From Eledone cirrhosa (taxonomy: Eukaryota), in contig OZ024740.1 in assembly GCA_964016885.1 (NCBI GenBank), positions 418,376,001 through 418,440,000 of the forward strand: a stretch of DNA of 64,000 nt, read 5' to 3'. Shown in pieces: positions 1 through 13,398 of the stretch. Under the pieces are notes generated by a model. It made no database searches. It saw nothing but the letters and a program-made list of their open reading frames with translations, and was not told the origin of the DNA. The first letter of the stretch is position 1; each line of letters starts with the position of its first letter. The position numbers and the translations under genes were made by a program.

Positions 1-3000
1 AACAGTTTCATGCAACAAATAAGTCCATATGACTGGGTATGGCTCTCTCAGTCACTTTAACAGTTTCATGTAACAAATAAGTCCATATGACTGGGTATGG
101 CTCTCTCAGTCACTTTAACAGTTTCATGCAACAAATAAGTCCATATGGCTGGGTATGGCTCTCTCAGTCACTTTAACAGTTTCATGCAACAAATAAGTCC
201 ATATGACTGGGTATGGCTCTCTCAGTCACTTTAACAGTTTCATGCAACAAATAAGTCCATATGACTGGGTATGGCTCTCTCAGTCACTTTAACAGTTTCA
301 TGCAACAAATAAGTCCATATGACTGGGTATGGCTCTCTCAGTCACTTTAACAGTTTCATGCAACAAATAAGTCCATATAGCTGGGTATGGCTCTCTCAGT
401 CACTTTAACAGTTTCATGCAACAAATAAGTCCATATAGCTGGGTATGTCTCTCTCAGTCACTTTAACAGTTTCATGCAACAAATAAGTCCATATGACTGG
501 GTATGGCTCTCTCAGTCACTTTAACAGTTTCATGTAACAAATAAGTCCATATGACTGGGTATGGCTCTCTCAGTCACTTTAACAGTTTCATGCAACAAAT
601 AAGTCCATATGGCTGGGTATGGCTCTCTCAGTCACTTTAACAGTTTCATGCAACAAATAAGTCCATATGGCTGGGTATGGCTCTCTCAGTCACTTTAACA
701 GTTTCATGCAACAAATAAGTCCATATAGCTGGTTATGGCTCTCTCCGATACTTTAACAGTTTCATGCAACAAATGAGTCCATATGGCTGGGTATGGCTCT
801 CTCCGTCACTTTAACAGTTTCATGCAACAAATAAGTCCATATAGCTGGGTATGGCTCTCTCAGTCACTTTAACAGTTTCATGCAACAAATAAGTCCATAT
901 GGCTGGGTATGGCTCTCTCAGTCACTTTAACAGTTTCATGCAACAAATAAGTCCATATAGCTGGGTATGGCTCTCTCAGTCACTTTAACAGTTTCATGCA
1001 ACAAATAAGTCCATATAGCTGGTTATGGCTCTCTCCGATACTTTAACAGTTTCATGCAACAAATGAGTCCATATGGCTGGGTATGGCTCTCACAGTCACT
1101 TTAACAGTTTCATGCAACAAATAAGTCCATATGGCTGGGTATGGCTCTCTCCGTCACTTTAACAGTTTCATGCAACAAATAAGTCCATATGGCTGGGTAT
1201 GGCTCTCTCAGTCACTTTAACAGTTTCATGCAACAAATAAGTCCATATGACTGGGTATGGCTCTCTCAGTCACTTTAACAGTTTCATGCAACAAATAAGT
1301 CCATATGACTGGGTATGGCTCTCTCAGTCACTTTAACAGTTTCATGCAACAAATAAGTCCATATAGCTGGGTATGGCTCTCTCAGTCACTTTAACAGTTT
1401 CATGCAACAAATAAGTCCATATAGCTGGGTATGGCTCTCTCAGTCACTTTAACAATTTCATGCAACAAATAAGTCCATATGACTGGGTATGGCTCTCTCA
1501 GTCACTTTAACAGTTTCATGCAACAAATAAGTCCATATGACTGGGTATGGCTCTCTCAGTCACTTTAACAGTTTCATGCAACAAATAAGTCCATATGGCT
1601 GGGTATGGCTCTCTCAGTCACTTTAACAGTTTCATGCAACAAATAAGTCCATATAGCTGGTTATGGCTCTCTCCGATACTTTAACAGTTTCATGCAACAA
1701 ATGAGTCCATATGGCTGGGTATGGCTCTCTCAGTCACTTTAACAGTTTCATGCAACAAATAAGTCCATATAGCTGGGTATGGCTCTCTCCGTCACTTTAA
1801 CAGTTTCATGCAACAAATAAGTCCATATGGCTGGGTATGGCTCTCTCAGTCACTTTAACAGTTTCATGCAACAAATAAGTGCATATGGCTGGGTATGGCT
1901 CTCTCCGATACTTTAACAGTTTCATGCAACAAATAAGTCCATATGGCTGGGTATGGCTCTCTCAGTCACTTTAACAGTTTCATGCAACAAATAAGTGCAT
2001 ATGGCTGGGTATGGCTCTCTCCGATACTTTAACAGTTTCATGCAACAAATAAGTCCATATGGCTGGGTATGGCTCTCTCAGTCACTTTAACAGTTTCATG
2101 CAACAAATAAGTCCATATGGCTGGGTATGGCTCTCTCAGTCACTTTAACAGTTTCATGCAACAAATAAGTCCATATAGCTGGGTATGGCTCTCTCAGTCA
2201 CTTTAACAGTTTCATGCAACAAATAAGTCCATATAGCTGGGTATGGCTCTCTCAGTCACTTTAACAGTTTCATGCAACAAATAAGTCCATATGGCTGGGT
2301 ATGGCTCTCTCCGATACTTTAACAGTTTCATGCAACAAATAAGTCCATATAGCTGGTATGGCTCTCTCAGTCACTTTAACAGTTTCATGCAACAAATAAG
2401 TCCATATGGCTGGGTATGGCTCTCTCCGATACTTTAACAGTTTCATGCAACAAATAAGTCCATATAGCTGGTATGGCTCTCTCAGTCACTTTAACAGTTT
2501 CATGCAACAAATAAGTCCATATGGCTGGGTATGGCTCTCTCCGATACTTTAACAGTTTCATGCAACAAATAAGTCCATATAGCTGGTATGGCTCTCTCAG
2601 TCACTTTAACAGTTTCATGCAACAAATAAGTCCATATGGCTGGGTATGGCTCTCTCCGATACTTTAACAGTTTCATGCAACAAATAAGTCCATATAGCTG
2701 GTATGGCTCTCTCAGTCACTTTAACAGTTTCATGCAACAAATAAGTCCATATGGCTGGGTATGGCTCTCTCCGATACTTTAACAGTTTCATGCAACAAAT
2801 AAGTCCATATGGCTGGGTATGGCTCTCTCAGTCACTTTAACAGTTTCATGCAACAAATAAGTGCATATGTCTGGGTATGGCTCTCTCCGATACTTTAACA
2901 GTTTCATGCAACAAATAAGTCCATATGGCTGGGTATGGCTCTCTCAGTCACTTTAACAGTTTCATGCAACAAATAAGTCCATATGGCTGGGTATGGCTCT

Positions 3001-6000
3001 CTCCGATACTTTAACAGTTTCATGCAACAAATAAGTCCATATGGCTGGGTATGGCTCTCTCAGTCACTTTAACAGTTTCATGCAACAAATAAGTCCATAT
3101 GGCTGGGTATGGCTCTCTCAGTCACTTTAACAGTTTCATGCAACAAATAAGTCCATATAGCTGGGTATGGCTCTCTCAGTCACTTTAACAGTTTCATGCA
3201 ACAAATAAGTCCATATAGCTGGTATGGCTCTCTCAGTCACTTTAACAGTTTCATGCAACAAATAAGTCCATATGGCTGGGTATGGCTCTCTCCGATACTT
3301 TAACAGTTTCATGCAACAAATAAGTCCATATGGCTGGGTATGGCTCTCTCAGTCACTTTAACAGTTTCATGCAACAAATAAGTCCATATAGCTGGGTATG
3401 GCTCTCTCAGTCACTTTAACAGTTTCATGCAACAAATAAGTCCATATAGCTGGGTATGGCTCTCTCAGTCACTTTAACAGTTTCATGCAACAAATAAGTC
3501 CATATGGCTGGGTATGGCTCTCTCCGATACTTTAACAGTTTCATGCAACAAATAAGTCCATATGGCTGGGTATGGCTCTCTCAGTCACTTTAACAGTTTC
3601 ATGCAACAAATAAGTCCATATGGCTGGGTATGGCTCTCTCCGATACTTTAACAGTTTCATGCAACAAATGAGTCCATATAGCTGGGTATGGCTCTCTCAG
3701 TCACTTTAACAGTTTCATGCAACAAATAAGTCCATATGGCTGGGTATGGCTCTCTCAGTCACTTTAACAGTTTCATGCAACAAATAAGTCCATATGGCTG
3801 GGTATGGCTCTCTCCGATTCTTTAACAGTTTCATGCAACAAATAAGTCCATATGGCTGGGTATGGCTCTCTCCGATACTTTAACAGTTTCATGCAACAAA
3901 TAAGTCCATATAGCTGGGTATGGCTCTCTCCGATACTTTAACAGTTTCATGCAACAAATAAGTCCATATAGCTGGGTATGGCTCTCTCCGATACTTTAAC
4001 AGTTTCATGCAACAAATAAGTCCATATAGCTGGGTATGGCTCTCTCTGATACTTTAACAGTTTCATGCAACAAATAAGTCCATATGGCTGGGTATGGCTC
4101 TCTCCGATACTTTAACAGTTTCATGCAACAAATAAGTCCATATGGCTGGGTATGGCTCTCTCAGTCACTTTAACAGTTTCATGCAACAAATAAGTCCATA
4201 TAGCTGGGTATGGCTCTCTCAGTCACTTTAACAGTTTCATGCAACAAATAAGTCCATATGACTGGGTATGGCTCTCTCCGATACTTTAACAGTTTCATGC
4301 AACAAATAAGTCCATATGGCTGGGTATGGCTCTCTCAGTCACTTTAACAGTTTCATGCAACAAATAAGTCCATATGGCTGAGTATGGCTCTCTCCGATAC
4401 TTTAACAGTTTCATGCAACAAATAAGTCCATATGGCTGGGTATGGCTCTCTCAGTCACTCTAACAGTTTCATGCAACAAATAAGTCCATATGACTGGGTA
4501 TGGCTCTCTCAGTCACTTTAACAGTTTCATGCAACAAATAAGTCCATATAGCTGGGTATGGCTCTCTCAGTCACTTTAACAGTTTCATGCAACAAATAAG
4601 TCCATATGGCTGGGTATGGCTCTCTCAGTCACTTTAACAGTTTCATGCAACAAATAAGTCCATATGACTGGGTATGGCTCTCTCAGTCACTTTAACAGTT
4701 TCATGCAACAAATAAGTCCATATGGCTGGGTATGGCTCTCTCAGTCACTTTAACAGTTTCATGCAACAAATAAGTCCATATAGCTGGGTATGGCTCTCTC
4801 AGTCACTTTAACAGTTTCATGCAACAAATAAGTCCATATGGCTGGGTATGGCTCTCTCAGTCACTTTAACAGTTTCATGCAACAAATAAGTCCATATGGC
4901 TGGGTATGGCTCTCTCAGTCACTTTAACAGTTTCATGCAACAAATAAGTCCATATAGCTGGGTATGGCTCTCTCAGTCACTTTAACAGTTTCATGCAACA
5001 AATAAGTCCATATGGCTGGGTATGGCTCTCTCAGTCACTTTAACAGTTTCATGCAACAAATAAGTCCATATAGCTGGGTATGGCTCTCTCAGTCACTTTA
5101 ACAGTTTCATGCAACAAATAAGTCCATATGGCTGGGTATGGCTCTCTCAGTCACTTTAACAGTTTCATGCAACAAATAAGTCCATATAGCTGGGTATGGC
5201 TCTCTCAGTCACTTTAACAGTTTCATGCAACAAATAAGTCCATATGGCTGGGTATGGCTCTCTCAGTCACTTTAACAGTTTCATGCAACAAATAAGTCCA
5301 TATGGCTGGGTATGGCTCTCTCAGTCACTTTAACAGTTTCATGCAACAAATAAGTCCATATAGCTGGGTATGGCTCTCTCAGTCACTTTAACAGTTTCAT
5401 GCAACAAATAAGTCCATATGGCTGGGTATGGCTCTCTCAGTCACTTTAACAGTTTCATGCAACAAATAAGTCCATATAGCTGGGTATGGCTCTCTCAGTC
5501 ACTTTAACAGTTTCATGCAACAAATAAGTCCATATGGCTGGGTATGGCTCTCTCAGTCACTTTAACAGTTTCATGCAACAAATAAGTCCATATAGCTGGG
5601 TATGGCTCTCTCAGTCACTTTAACAGTTTCATGCAACAAATAAGTCCATATGGCTGGGTATGGCTCTCTCAGTCACTTTAACAGTTTCATGCAACAAATA
5701 AGTCCATATGGCTGGGTATGGCTCTCTCAGTCACTTTAACAGTTTCATGCAACAAATAAGTCCATATAGCTGGGTATGGCTCTCTCAGTCACTTTAACAG
5801 TTTCATGCAACAAATAAGTCCATATGGCTGGGTATGGCTCTCTCAGTCACTTTAACAGTTTCATGCAACAAATAAGTCCATATAGCTGGGTATGGCTCTC
5901 TCAGTCACTTTAACAGTTTCATGCAACAAATAAGTCCATATGGCTGGGTATGGCTCTCTCAGTCACTTTAACAGTTTCATGCAACAAATAAGTCCATATG

Positions 6001-6665
6001 GCTGGGTATGGCTCTCTCAGTCACTTTAACAGTTTCATGCAACAAATAAGTCCATATAGCTGGGTATGGCTCTCTCAGTCACTTTAACAGTTTCATGCAA
6101 CAAATAAGTCCATATGGCTGGGTATGGCTCTCTCAGTCACTTTAACAGTTTCATGCAACAAATAAGTCCATATAGCTGGGTATGACTCTCTCAGTCACTT
6201 TAACAGTTTCATGCAACAAATAAGTCCATATAGCTGGGTATGGCTCTCTCTGATACTTTAACAGTTTCATGCAACAAATAAGTCCATATGGCTGGGTATG
6301 GCTCTCTCCGATACTTTAACAGTTTCATGCAACAAATAAGTCCATATAGCTGGGTATGGCCCTCTCAATCACTTTAACAGTTTCATGCAACAAATAAGTC
6401 CATATAGCTGGGTATGGCTCTCTCAGTCACTTTAACAGTTTCATGCAACAAATAAGTCCATATGGCTGGGTATGGCTCTCTCAGTCACTTTAACAGTTTC
6501 ATGCAACAAATAAGTCCATATAGCTGGGTGTGGCTCTCTCCGATACTTTAACAGTTTCATGCAACAAATAAGTCCATATGGCTGGGTATGGCTCTCTCCG
6601 ATACTTTAACAGTTTCATGCAACAAATAAGTCCATATGGCTGGGTATGGCTCTCTCCGATACTTT
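1..6665. repeat. 58-bp tandem satellite, about 115 copies, runs off the left edge
   Basis: Monomer AACAGTTTCATGCAACAAATAAGTCCATAT(GA/GG/AG)CTGGGTATGGCTCTCTC(AGTC/CGAT)ACTTT recurs every 58 bp, with occasional 57-bp copies, and has an abrupt right edge. Confidence 0.98.
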
Positions 6666-6799
6666 GCTGCTTCAAAATTATCTTTTTCCTTAAATTTGAA
6701 TCGACAAGATCCCAGACTTCATTTGTTTACCGAGTGAGGTGGAACTTGTCAAATCGGACCATTAGATAGCTGATGCTATCTACCTGTCGCAACTTCTGG

Positions 6800-6918
6800 C
6801 AGAAGGAGCAACATGAAATAAAATGTCTTGGTCAAGGACATAACACATCGCCTGATCCGAGAATCGAACTCACATCCTCACCATTGCTAATCCAACCCTC
6901 TAACCACTAAGCCACACG
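6800..6918 (-). mobile_element. tRNA-derived SINE fragment (family B)
   Basis: The minus strand has an A-box-like TGGCTTAGTGG and a B-box GTTCGATTC, followed by GTCCTTGACCAAGACATTTTATTTCATGTTGCTCC. A related copy lies at 20190-20385. Confidence 0.75.
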
Positions 6919-7209
6919 TAGCATACATATCGCAAACATTACTTTAAGTTAATGAAATCTTATATGAAATACTGAAATACTGCAACTAAACATGTTCTAA
7001 CCGACCCCATTACATTACCGGTACTGAAGTAATATTAACATTTAGTACTAACTTTCAACTAACACGTAGATCCACTAATCTTCTTGGTATGATTAAACAC
7101 TGTTATCTTTACTAAACATCAAAACTAATAAACTGCCTTTCAGTGCAATTCTAAAATCAACAAAACAAACTGGCACGTGTATCATAATAGGAATCCATTT
7201 CTGTTGTAG

Positions 7210-10200
7210 ATTAGAGAGTACTACAACACAAACAAATAAGACATAGCTTCAAATTAGAGAGTAGTACAACACAAACAAATAAAACATAGCTTCAAATTAG
7301 AGAGTACTACAAAACAAACAAATAAAACATAGCTTTAAATTAGAGAGTACTACAACACAAACAAATAAAACATAGCTTCAAATTAGAGAGTACTACAAAA
7401 CAAACAAATAAAACATAGCTTCAAATTAGAGAGTACTACAACACAAACAAATAAAACATAGCTTCAAATTAGAGAGTACTACAAAACAAACAAATAAAAC
7501 ATAGCTTCAAATTAGAGAGTACTACAACACAAACAAATAAAACATAGCTTCAAATTAGAGAGTACTACAAAACAAACAAATAAAACATAGCTTTAAATTA
7601 GAGAGTACTACAAAACAAACAAATAAAACATAGCTTCAAATTAGAGAGTACTACAAAACAAACAAATAAAACATAGCTTCAAATTAGAGAGTACTACAAA
7701 ACAAACAAATAGAACATAGCTTCAAATTAGAGAGTACTACAAAACAAACAAATAAAACATAGCTTTAAATTAGAGAGTACTACAACACAAACAAATAAAA
7801 CATAGCTTCAAATTAGAGAGTACTACAAAACAAACAAATAAAACATAGCTTCAAATTAGAGAGTACTACAAAACAAACAAATAAAACATAGCTTCAAATT
7901 AGAGAGTACTACAAAACAAACAAATAAAACATAGCTTTAAATTAGAGAGTACTACAACACAAACAAATAAAACATAGCTTCAAATTAGAGAGTACTACAA
8001 CACAAACAAATAAAACATAGCTTCAAATTAGAGAGTACTACAACACAAACAAATAAAACATAGCTTCAAATTAGAGAGTACTACAACACAAACAAATAAA
8101 ACATAGCTTCAAATTAGAGAGTACTACAAAACAAACAAATAAAACATAGCTTCAAATTAGAGAGTACTACAACACAAACAAATAAAACATAGCTTCAAAT
8201 TAGAGAGTACTACAACACAAACAAATAAAACATAGCTTCAAATTAGAGAGTACTACAAAACAAACAAATAAAACATAGCTTTAAATTAGAGAGTACTACA
8301 ACACAAACAAATAAAACATAGCTTCAAATTAGAGAGTACTACAACACAAACAAATAAAACATAGCTTCAAATTAGAGAGAACTACAAAACAAACAAATAA
8401 AACATAGCTTCAAATTAGAGAGTACTACAAAACAAACAAATAAAACATAGCTTCAAATTAGAGAGTACTACAAAACAAACAAATAAAACATAGCTTCAAA
8501 TTAGAGAGTACTACAACACAAACAAATAAAACATAGCTTCAAATTAGAGAGTACTACAACACAAACAAATAAAACATAGCTTCAAATTAGAGAGTACTAC
8601 AACACAAACAAATAAAACATAGCTTCAAATTAGAGAGTACTACAACACAAACAAATAAAACATAGCTTCAAATTAGAGAGTACTACAAAACAAACAAATA
8701 AAACATAGCTTTAAATTAGAGAGTACTACAACACAAACAAATAAAACATAGCTTCAAATTAGAGAGTACTACAAAACAAACAAATAAAACATAGCTTCAA
8801 ATTAGAGAGTACTACAACACAAACAAATAAAACATAGCTTCAAATTAGAGAGTACTACAACACAAACAAATAAAACATAGCTTCAAATTAGAGAGTACTA
8901 CAAAACAAACAAATAAAACATAGCTTCAAATTAGAGAGTACTACAAAACAAACAAATAAAACATAGCTTCAAATTAGAGAGTACTACAAAACAAACAAAT
9001 AAAACATAGCTTCAAATTAGAGAGTACTACAACACAAACAAATAAAACATAGCTTCAAATTAGAGAGTACTACAACACAAACAAATAAAACATAGCTTCA
9101 AATTAGAGAGTACTACAAAACAAACAAATAAAACATAGCTTCAAATTAGAGAGTACTACAAAACAAACAAATAAAACATAGCTTCAAATTAGAGAGTACT
9201 ACAAAACAAACAAATAAAACATAGCTTCAAATTAGAGAGTACTACAAAACAAACAAATAAAACATAGCTTCAAATTAGAGAGTACTACAAAACAAACAAA
9301 TAAAACATAGCTTCAAATTAGAGAGTACTACAAAACAAACAAATAAAACATAGCTTCAAATTAGAGAGTACTACAAAACAAACAAATAAAACATAGCTTT
9401 AAATTAGAGAGTACTACAAAACAAACAAATAAAACATAGCTTCAAATTAGAGAGTACTACAACACAAACAAATAAACATAGCTTCAAATTAGAGAGTACT
9501 ACAAAACAAACAAATAAAACATAGCTTTAAATTAGAGAGTACTACAACACAAACAAATAAAACATATCTTCAAATTAGAGAGTACTACAAAACAAACAAA
9601 TAAAACATAGCTTCAAATTAGAGAGTACTACAACACAAACAAATAAAACATAGCTTCAAATTAGAGAGTACTACAAAACAAACAAATAAAACATAGCTTC
9701 AAATTAGAGAGTACTACAACACAAACAAATAAAACATAGCTTCAAATTAGAGAGTGCTACAACACAAACAAATAAAACATAGCTTCAAATTAGAGAGTAC
9801 TACAACACAAACAAATAAAACATAGCTTCAAATTAGAGAGTACTACAACACAAACAAATAAAACATAGCTTCAAATTAGAGAGTACTACAAAACAAACAA
9901 ATAAAACATAGCTTTAAATTAGAGAGTACTACAACACAAACAAATAAAACATAGCTTCAAATTAGAGAGTACTACAAAACAAACAAATAAAACATAGCTT
10001 CAAATTAGAGAGTACTACAACACAAACAAATAAAACATAGCTTCAAATTAGAGAGTACTACAACACAAACAAATAAAACATAGCTTCAAATTAGAGAGTA
10101 CTACAACACAAACAAATAAAACATAGCTTCAAATTAGAGAGTACTACAAAACAAACAAATAAAACATAGCTTCAAATTAGAGAGTACTACAAAACAAACA

Positions 10201-10996
10201 AATAAAACATAGCTTCAAATTAGAGAGTACTACAACACAAACAAATAAAACATAGCTTCAAATTAGAGAGTACTACAACACAAACAAATAAAACATAGCT
10301 TCAAATTAGAGAGTACTACAACACAAACAAATAAAACATAGCTTCAAATTAGAGAGTACTACAAAACAAACAAATAAAACATAGCTTCAAATTAGAGAGT
10401 ACTACAAAACAAACAAATAAAACATAGCTTCAAATTAGAGAGTACTACAACACAAACAAATAAAACATAGCTTCAAATTAGAGAGTACTACAACACAAAC
10501 AAATAAAACATAGCTTCAAATTAGAGAGTACTACAACACAAACAAATAAAACATAGCTTCAAATTAGAGAGTACTACAACACAAACAAATAAAACCTAGC
10601 TTCAAATTAGAGAGTACTACAACACAAACAAATAAAACATAGCTTCAAATTAGAGAGTACTACAACACAAACAAATAAAACATAGCTTCAAATTAGAGAG
10701 TACTACAACACAAACAAATAAAACATAGCTTCAATTTAGAGAGTACTACAACACAAACAAATAAAACATAGCTTCAAATTAGAGAGTACTACAACACAAA
10801 CAAATAAAACATAGCTTCAAATTAGAGAGTACTACAACACAAACAAATAAAACATAGCTTCAAATTAGAGAGTACTACAACACAAACAAATAAAACATAG
10901 CTTCAAATTAGAGAGTACTACAACACAAACAAATAAAACATAGCTTCAAATTAGAGAGTACTACAAAACAAACAAATAAAACATAGCTTCAAATTA
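7210..10996. repeat. 43-bp A-rich tandem satellite, about 88 copies
   Basis: Monomer TTAGAGAGTACTACAA(C/A)ACAAACAAATAAAACATAGCTT(C/T)AAA; period 43 (7211 to 7254); essentially two variable sites. Confidence 0.98.
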
Positions 10997-11143
10997 AAAA
11001 TATGTGCTTCACTGACCTGATTGTCGTCAGTTAACCAACTTTTACTCTGCTTTATACAACTTAATTAACGTGTTTCCTTTAACATTCTCTTAACAAATGT
11101 CTTCTTTAATTATGTAAGGCAAGTTATGTGGTATCATTCTTTA

Positions 11144-11319
11144 GTTGGCAGTATCGGTAGAGCATCAGACACCATGCTTTGCAGCATAGAGTTACGGCCC
11201 TTTATGTTCTGAGTTCAAATTCCGCTGAGGTTAGCTTTGTTTTTCATCCATACGAGGTCGATATAATAAAGTACTAGTAATGCACTGGGGTCGATTTAAT
11301 CGACTTTCCCCTCCCCCAG
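11144..11319 (+). mobile_element. tRNA-derived SINE (family A)
   Basis: TGGCAGTATCGG A-box, GAGTTCAAATTC B-box and a body TTTCATCC..GGTCGAT..AAAGTAC..CACTGGGGTCGATTTAATCGAC shared with six other copies in the window. Confidence 0.85.
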
Positions 11320-11744
11320 CTCGAGCTGTGAAGGGGAGCCTACAACGTCCAAGCTATGCTTTATAGTCAACACACATTTTAATTCAATTCAGTCATTTAT
11401 AACTGTCAGAAGTCTCGACACGATATTCCTCTGCTACCTTGAGCAGTTGTGTCAACCCATTGTCGAATTAATAGTTGATCATCTGTGAAGTCACTGGTGT
11501 TCACGATACCGAGATCATCTAATTAATCTGATGATCGTTACATGAGCTGCTGCTAACCATGGGACGAATGAAAATATATGTACTTTCCAGATTTTCATAC
11601 AATATTCTAAAAGAGTGATACATATAGTTTCACAATCGTGTTCTATTTAATTGTTCTATGTCTGTAAGGCGTGATTCCAGGTTCTATCTCATTGCAAAGA
11701 ATCGAACTCTGAACTCGTCCGAGCTAACAGCAATAAAATAAATT

Positions 11745-11937
11745 ATTTCTGATTAAGACACAAAGCCAACAGTTTTGGGGAGGGGGAAATCGATTAAATC
11801 GAACTCAGTGCATTACTGGTGCTTTATTTTATCGACCACGTGAGGATGAAAGGCAAAGCTAACCTCGTAAGGAACTGCAATGCTACGACGTGAAGTATGT
11901 TGTCCGACGCTCCAACGATACTGCCAATCCACTGCCC
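11745..11937 (-). mobile_element. tRNA-derived SINE (family A), inverted relative to the 11144 copy
   Basis: Reverse-complement match to the family A head (GATACTGCCAAT) and body (TCGATTAAATCGA, GGATGAAAGGCAAAG). Confidence 0.85.
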
Positions 11938-12440
11938 TTAGTAAGTTGTATAAATAAAGGTCCTAGAGATGTGAGCAGACCGCTGTTGAATTGAGTTTTG
12001 TAGAGGGTCAGCTTTAATGAAACATAATTTAGGGACCTTATTAAACTTCCTGAGACCATGGCGTGTGAAGATCTCAGGTAGAACTGACTTTAAGAAAGCA
12101 ACATCGGTTGTCATTAACAAAGGTGAGACATTCAAGACGGAGAAAGGGTGGTGATATTACAAAAGTACAAAAGCAGACATTTCAGCTTATTGGCAAATAG
12201 ATATTCAACAACACACTACAACCATTTCAGAAGAGCGGGGTTCGATACATCGAAGGTGCCTGAGTCTGTTTTTCTCGTCCTCGTGAATAATTTATCCGAC
12301 TTTCTCAACTATTATCACCCTTTGCATTGGGAGGCACACATTTCAAATTTCAAATTTTGCCATTGCTTCTAAATCAATCGTTCTTTACAGTTCTAGCTAC
12401 AGGTTTAAAATATTCTAAATAGATAGAATTAGTGACCAGT

Positions 12441-12510
12441 GGCTCTTTAGCGTGGTGCGTAACGCACTCCCGGGCGTTTAAGGGATATAGTGTTCGATTC
12501 TTGCGCTCTT
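12441..12510 (+). pseudogene. Degenerate tRNA-like sequence or orphan SINE head
   Basis: D-arm-like GCGT..ACGC, a TCCC..GGGA stem and a GTTCGATTC T-loop/B-box are present, but the acceptor stem does not pair. Confidence 0.35.
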
Positions 12511-12742
12511 CAATTTTTCTCAAATCGTCTTGAAGGGTAATTTCCCTGATTTTCTTCAGCTATTATTTCTAGTGATCTAGTATTATTATGATCATTTGCG
12601 TTGGGACGTACACTCTCTATATATTATTAGTACAGATTAACAGTTTAAGTATTAAATCACTGATTTCATCCTAAGCGGGATCTTCTTAGGGTTAAAATAG
12701 TAATGCATTGCTTAAACTGTACTAATAGATATTTGCTCTAAA

Positions 12743-12746
<4 letters not shown>

Positions 12747-12796
<50 letters not shown>
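12747..12796. repeat. (TA)n microsatellite
   Basis: Directly visible. Confidence 0.95.
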
Positions 12797-12799
<3 letters not shown>

Positions 12800-12802
<3 letters not shown>

Positions 12803-13398
12803 TATATGGAGAATAGAAATGGCTGTGTAGTTGCTATTTAAGGTAACTTAAAATGCAGTGGGAATACGAAGAAACCAAGAACAGTTGTCTACTGGGGGTC
12901 TAGGATATTTCTACACTTTAAAGACAAGATACCACTTCACCCCAGGGCGTCAATAACTGGATAAGTTATTGGAAAACGAAGGAAGGAAGGAAGGAAAGCA
13001 AAAGGGAAGAAAAGAGAAAACAGTAACAAAACAGCGAAAAAAAACAACACCGAGCAATGTGCGAGCAACTATAGGTAGGAAATCGAAGACCACTCGATAA
13101 GAGAACTTAAGTTCAAGACTGAGTGGTCGAGAGGAACAAAACACACGTCCGATCGCCGCAGTTGTAAGTGAGAAGAGAACTGCTAAACGGTCAGACGAGG
13201 GAGTGAAAGTGAGAGGGAGAAAAGGAGAGGAAGAAAGTGGGGTAAGAGTAGATAGGGAGAAAGGGAGTGGAAGAAAGAGGGGTGAGAGTATAAAGTAGCG
13301 AAATGGGTAGGTAGAAGGGGAGAGAAGAAAGGTCACAGCGAAAAACATGATGAAATATATGGAGAATAGAAATGGCTGTGTAGTTGCTATTTCAGGTA
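12800..13398. mobile_element. Unclassified element of about 600 bp with 46-bp terminal direct repeats, between (TA)n tracts
   Basis: AAATATATGGAGAATAGAAATGGCTGTGTAGTTGCTATTT(A/C)AGGTA occurs at 12800-12845 and 13353-13398 with one mismatch; the interior is purine-rich and (TA)n lies on both sides. Confidence 0.55.

Noticed and set aside
1-6665. Hammerhead in the 58-bp monomer (minus strand CTGAGAGA..GAAACTGTTA)
   Set aside because: The core is CUGAGAG rather than CUGANGA, and stems I and II cannot form.
6578-6769. 63-aa ORF at the satellite edge, and the 87-aa ORF at 57726-57989
   Set aside because: Chance read-through of satellite monomers; periods of 58, 43 and 55 are not multiples of 3 and the arrays contain frequent stops.
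11940-12400. Possible decayed RT-thumb-like peptide (SVVINKGETFK..TISEE)
   Set aside because: Too degenerate to support without a profile search.
12441-12510. Functional tRNA gene
   Set aside because: No acceptor-stem pairing and an oversized anticodon loop; kept only as a tRNA-like relic.
12900-12960. GIY-YIG C-terminus-like peptide DTTSPQGVN
   Set aside because: Too short and preceded by an in-frame stop; not enough to call a Penelope ORF.
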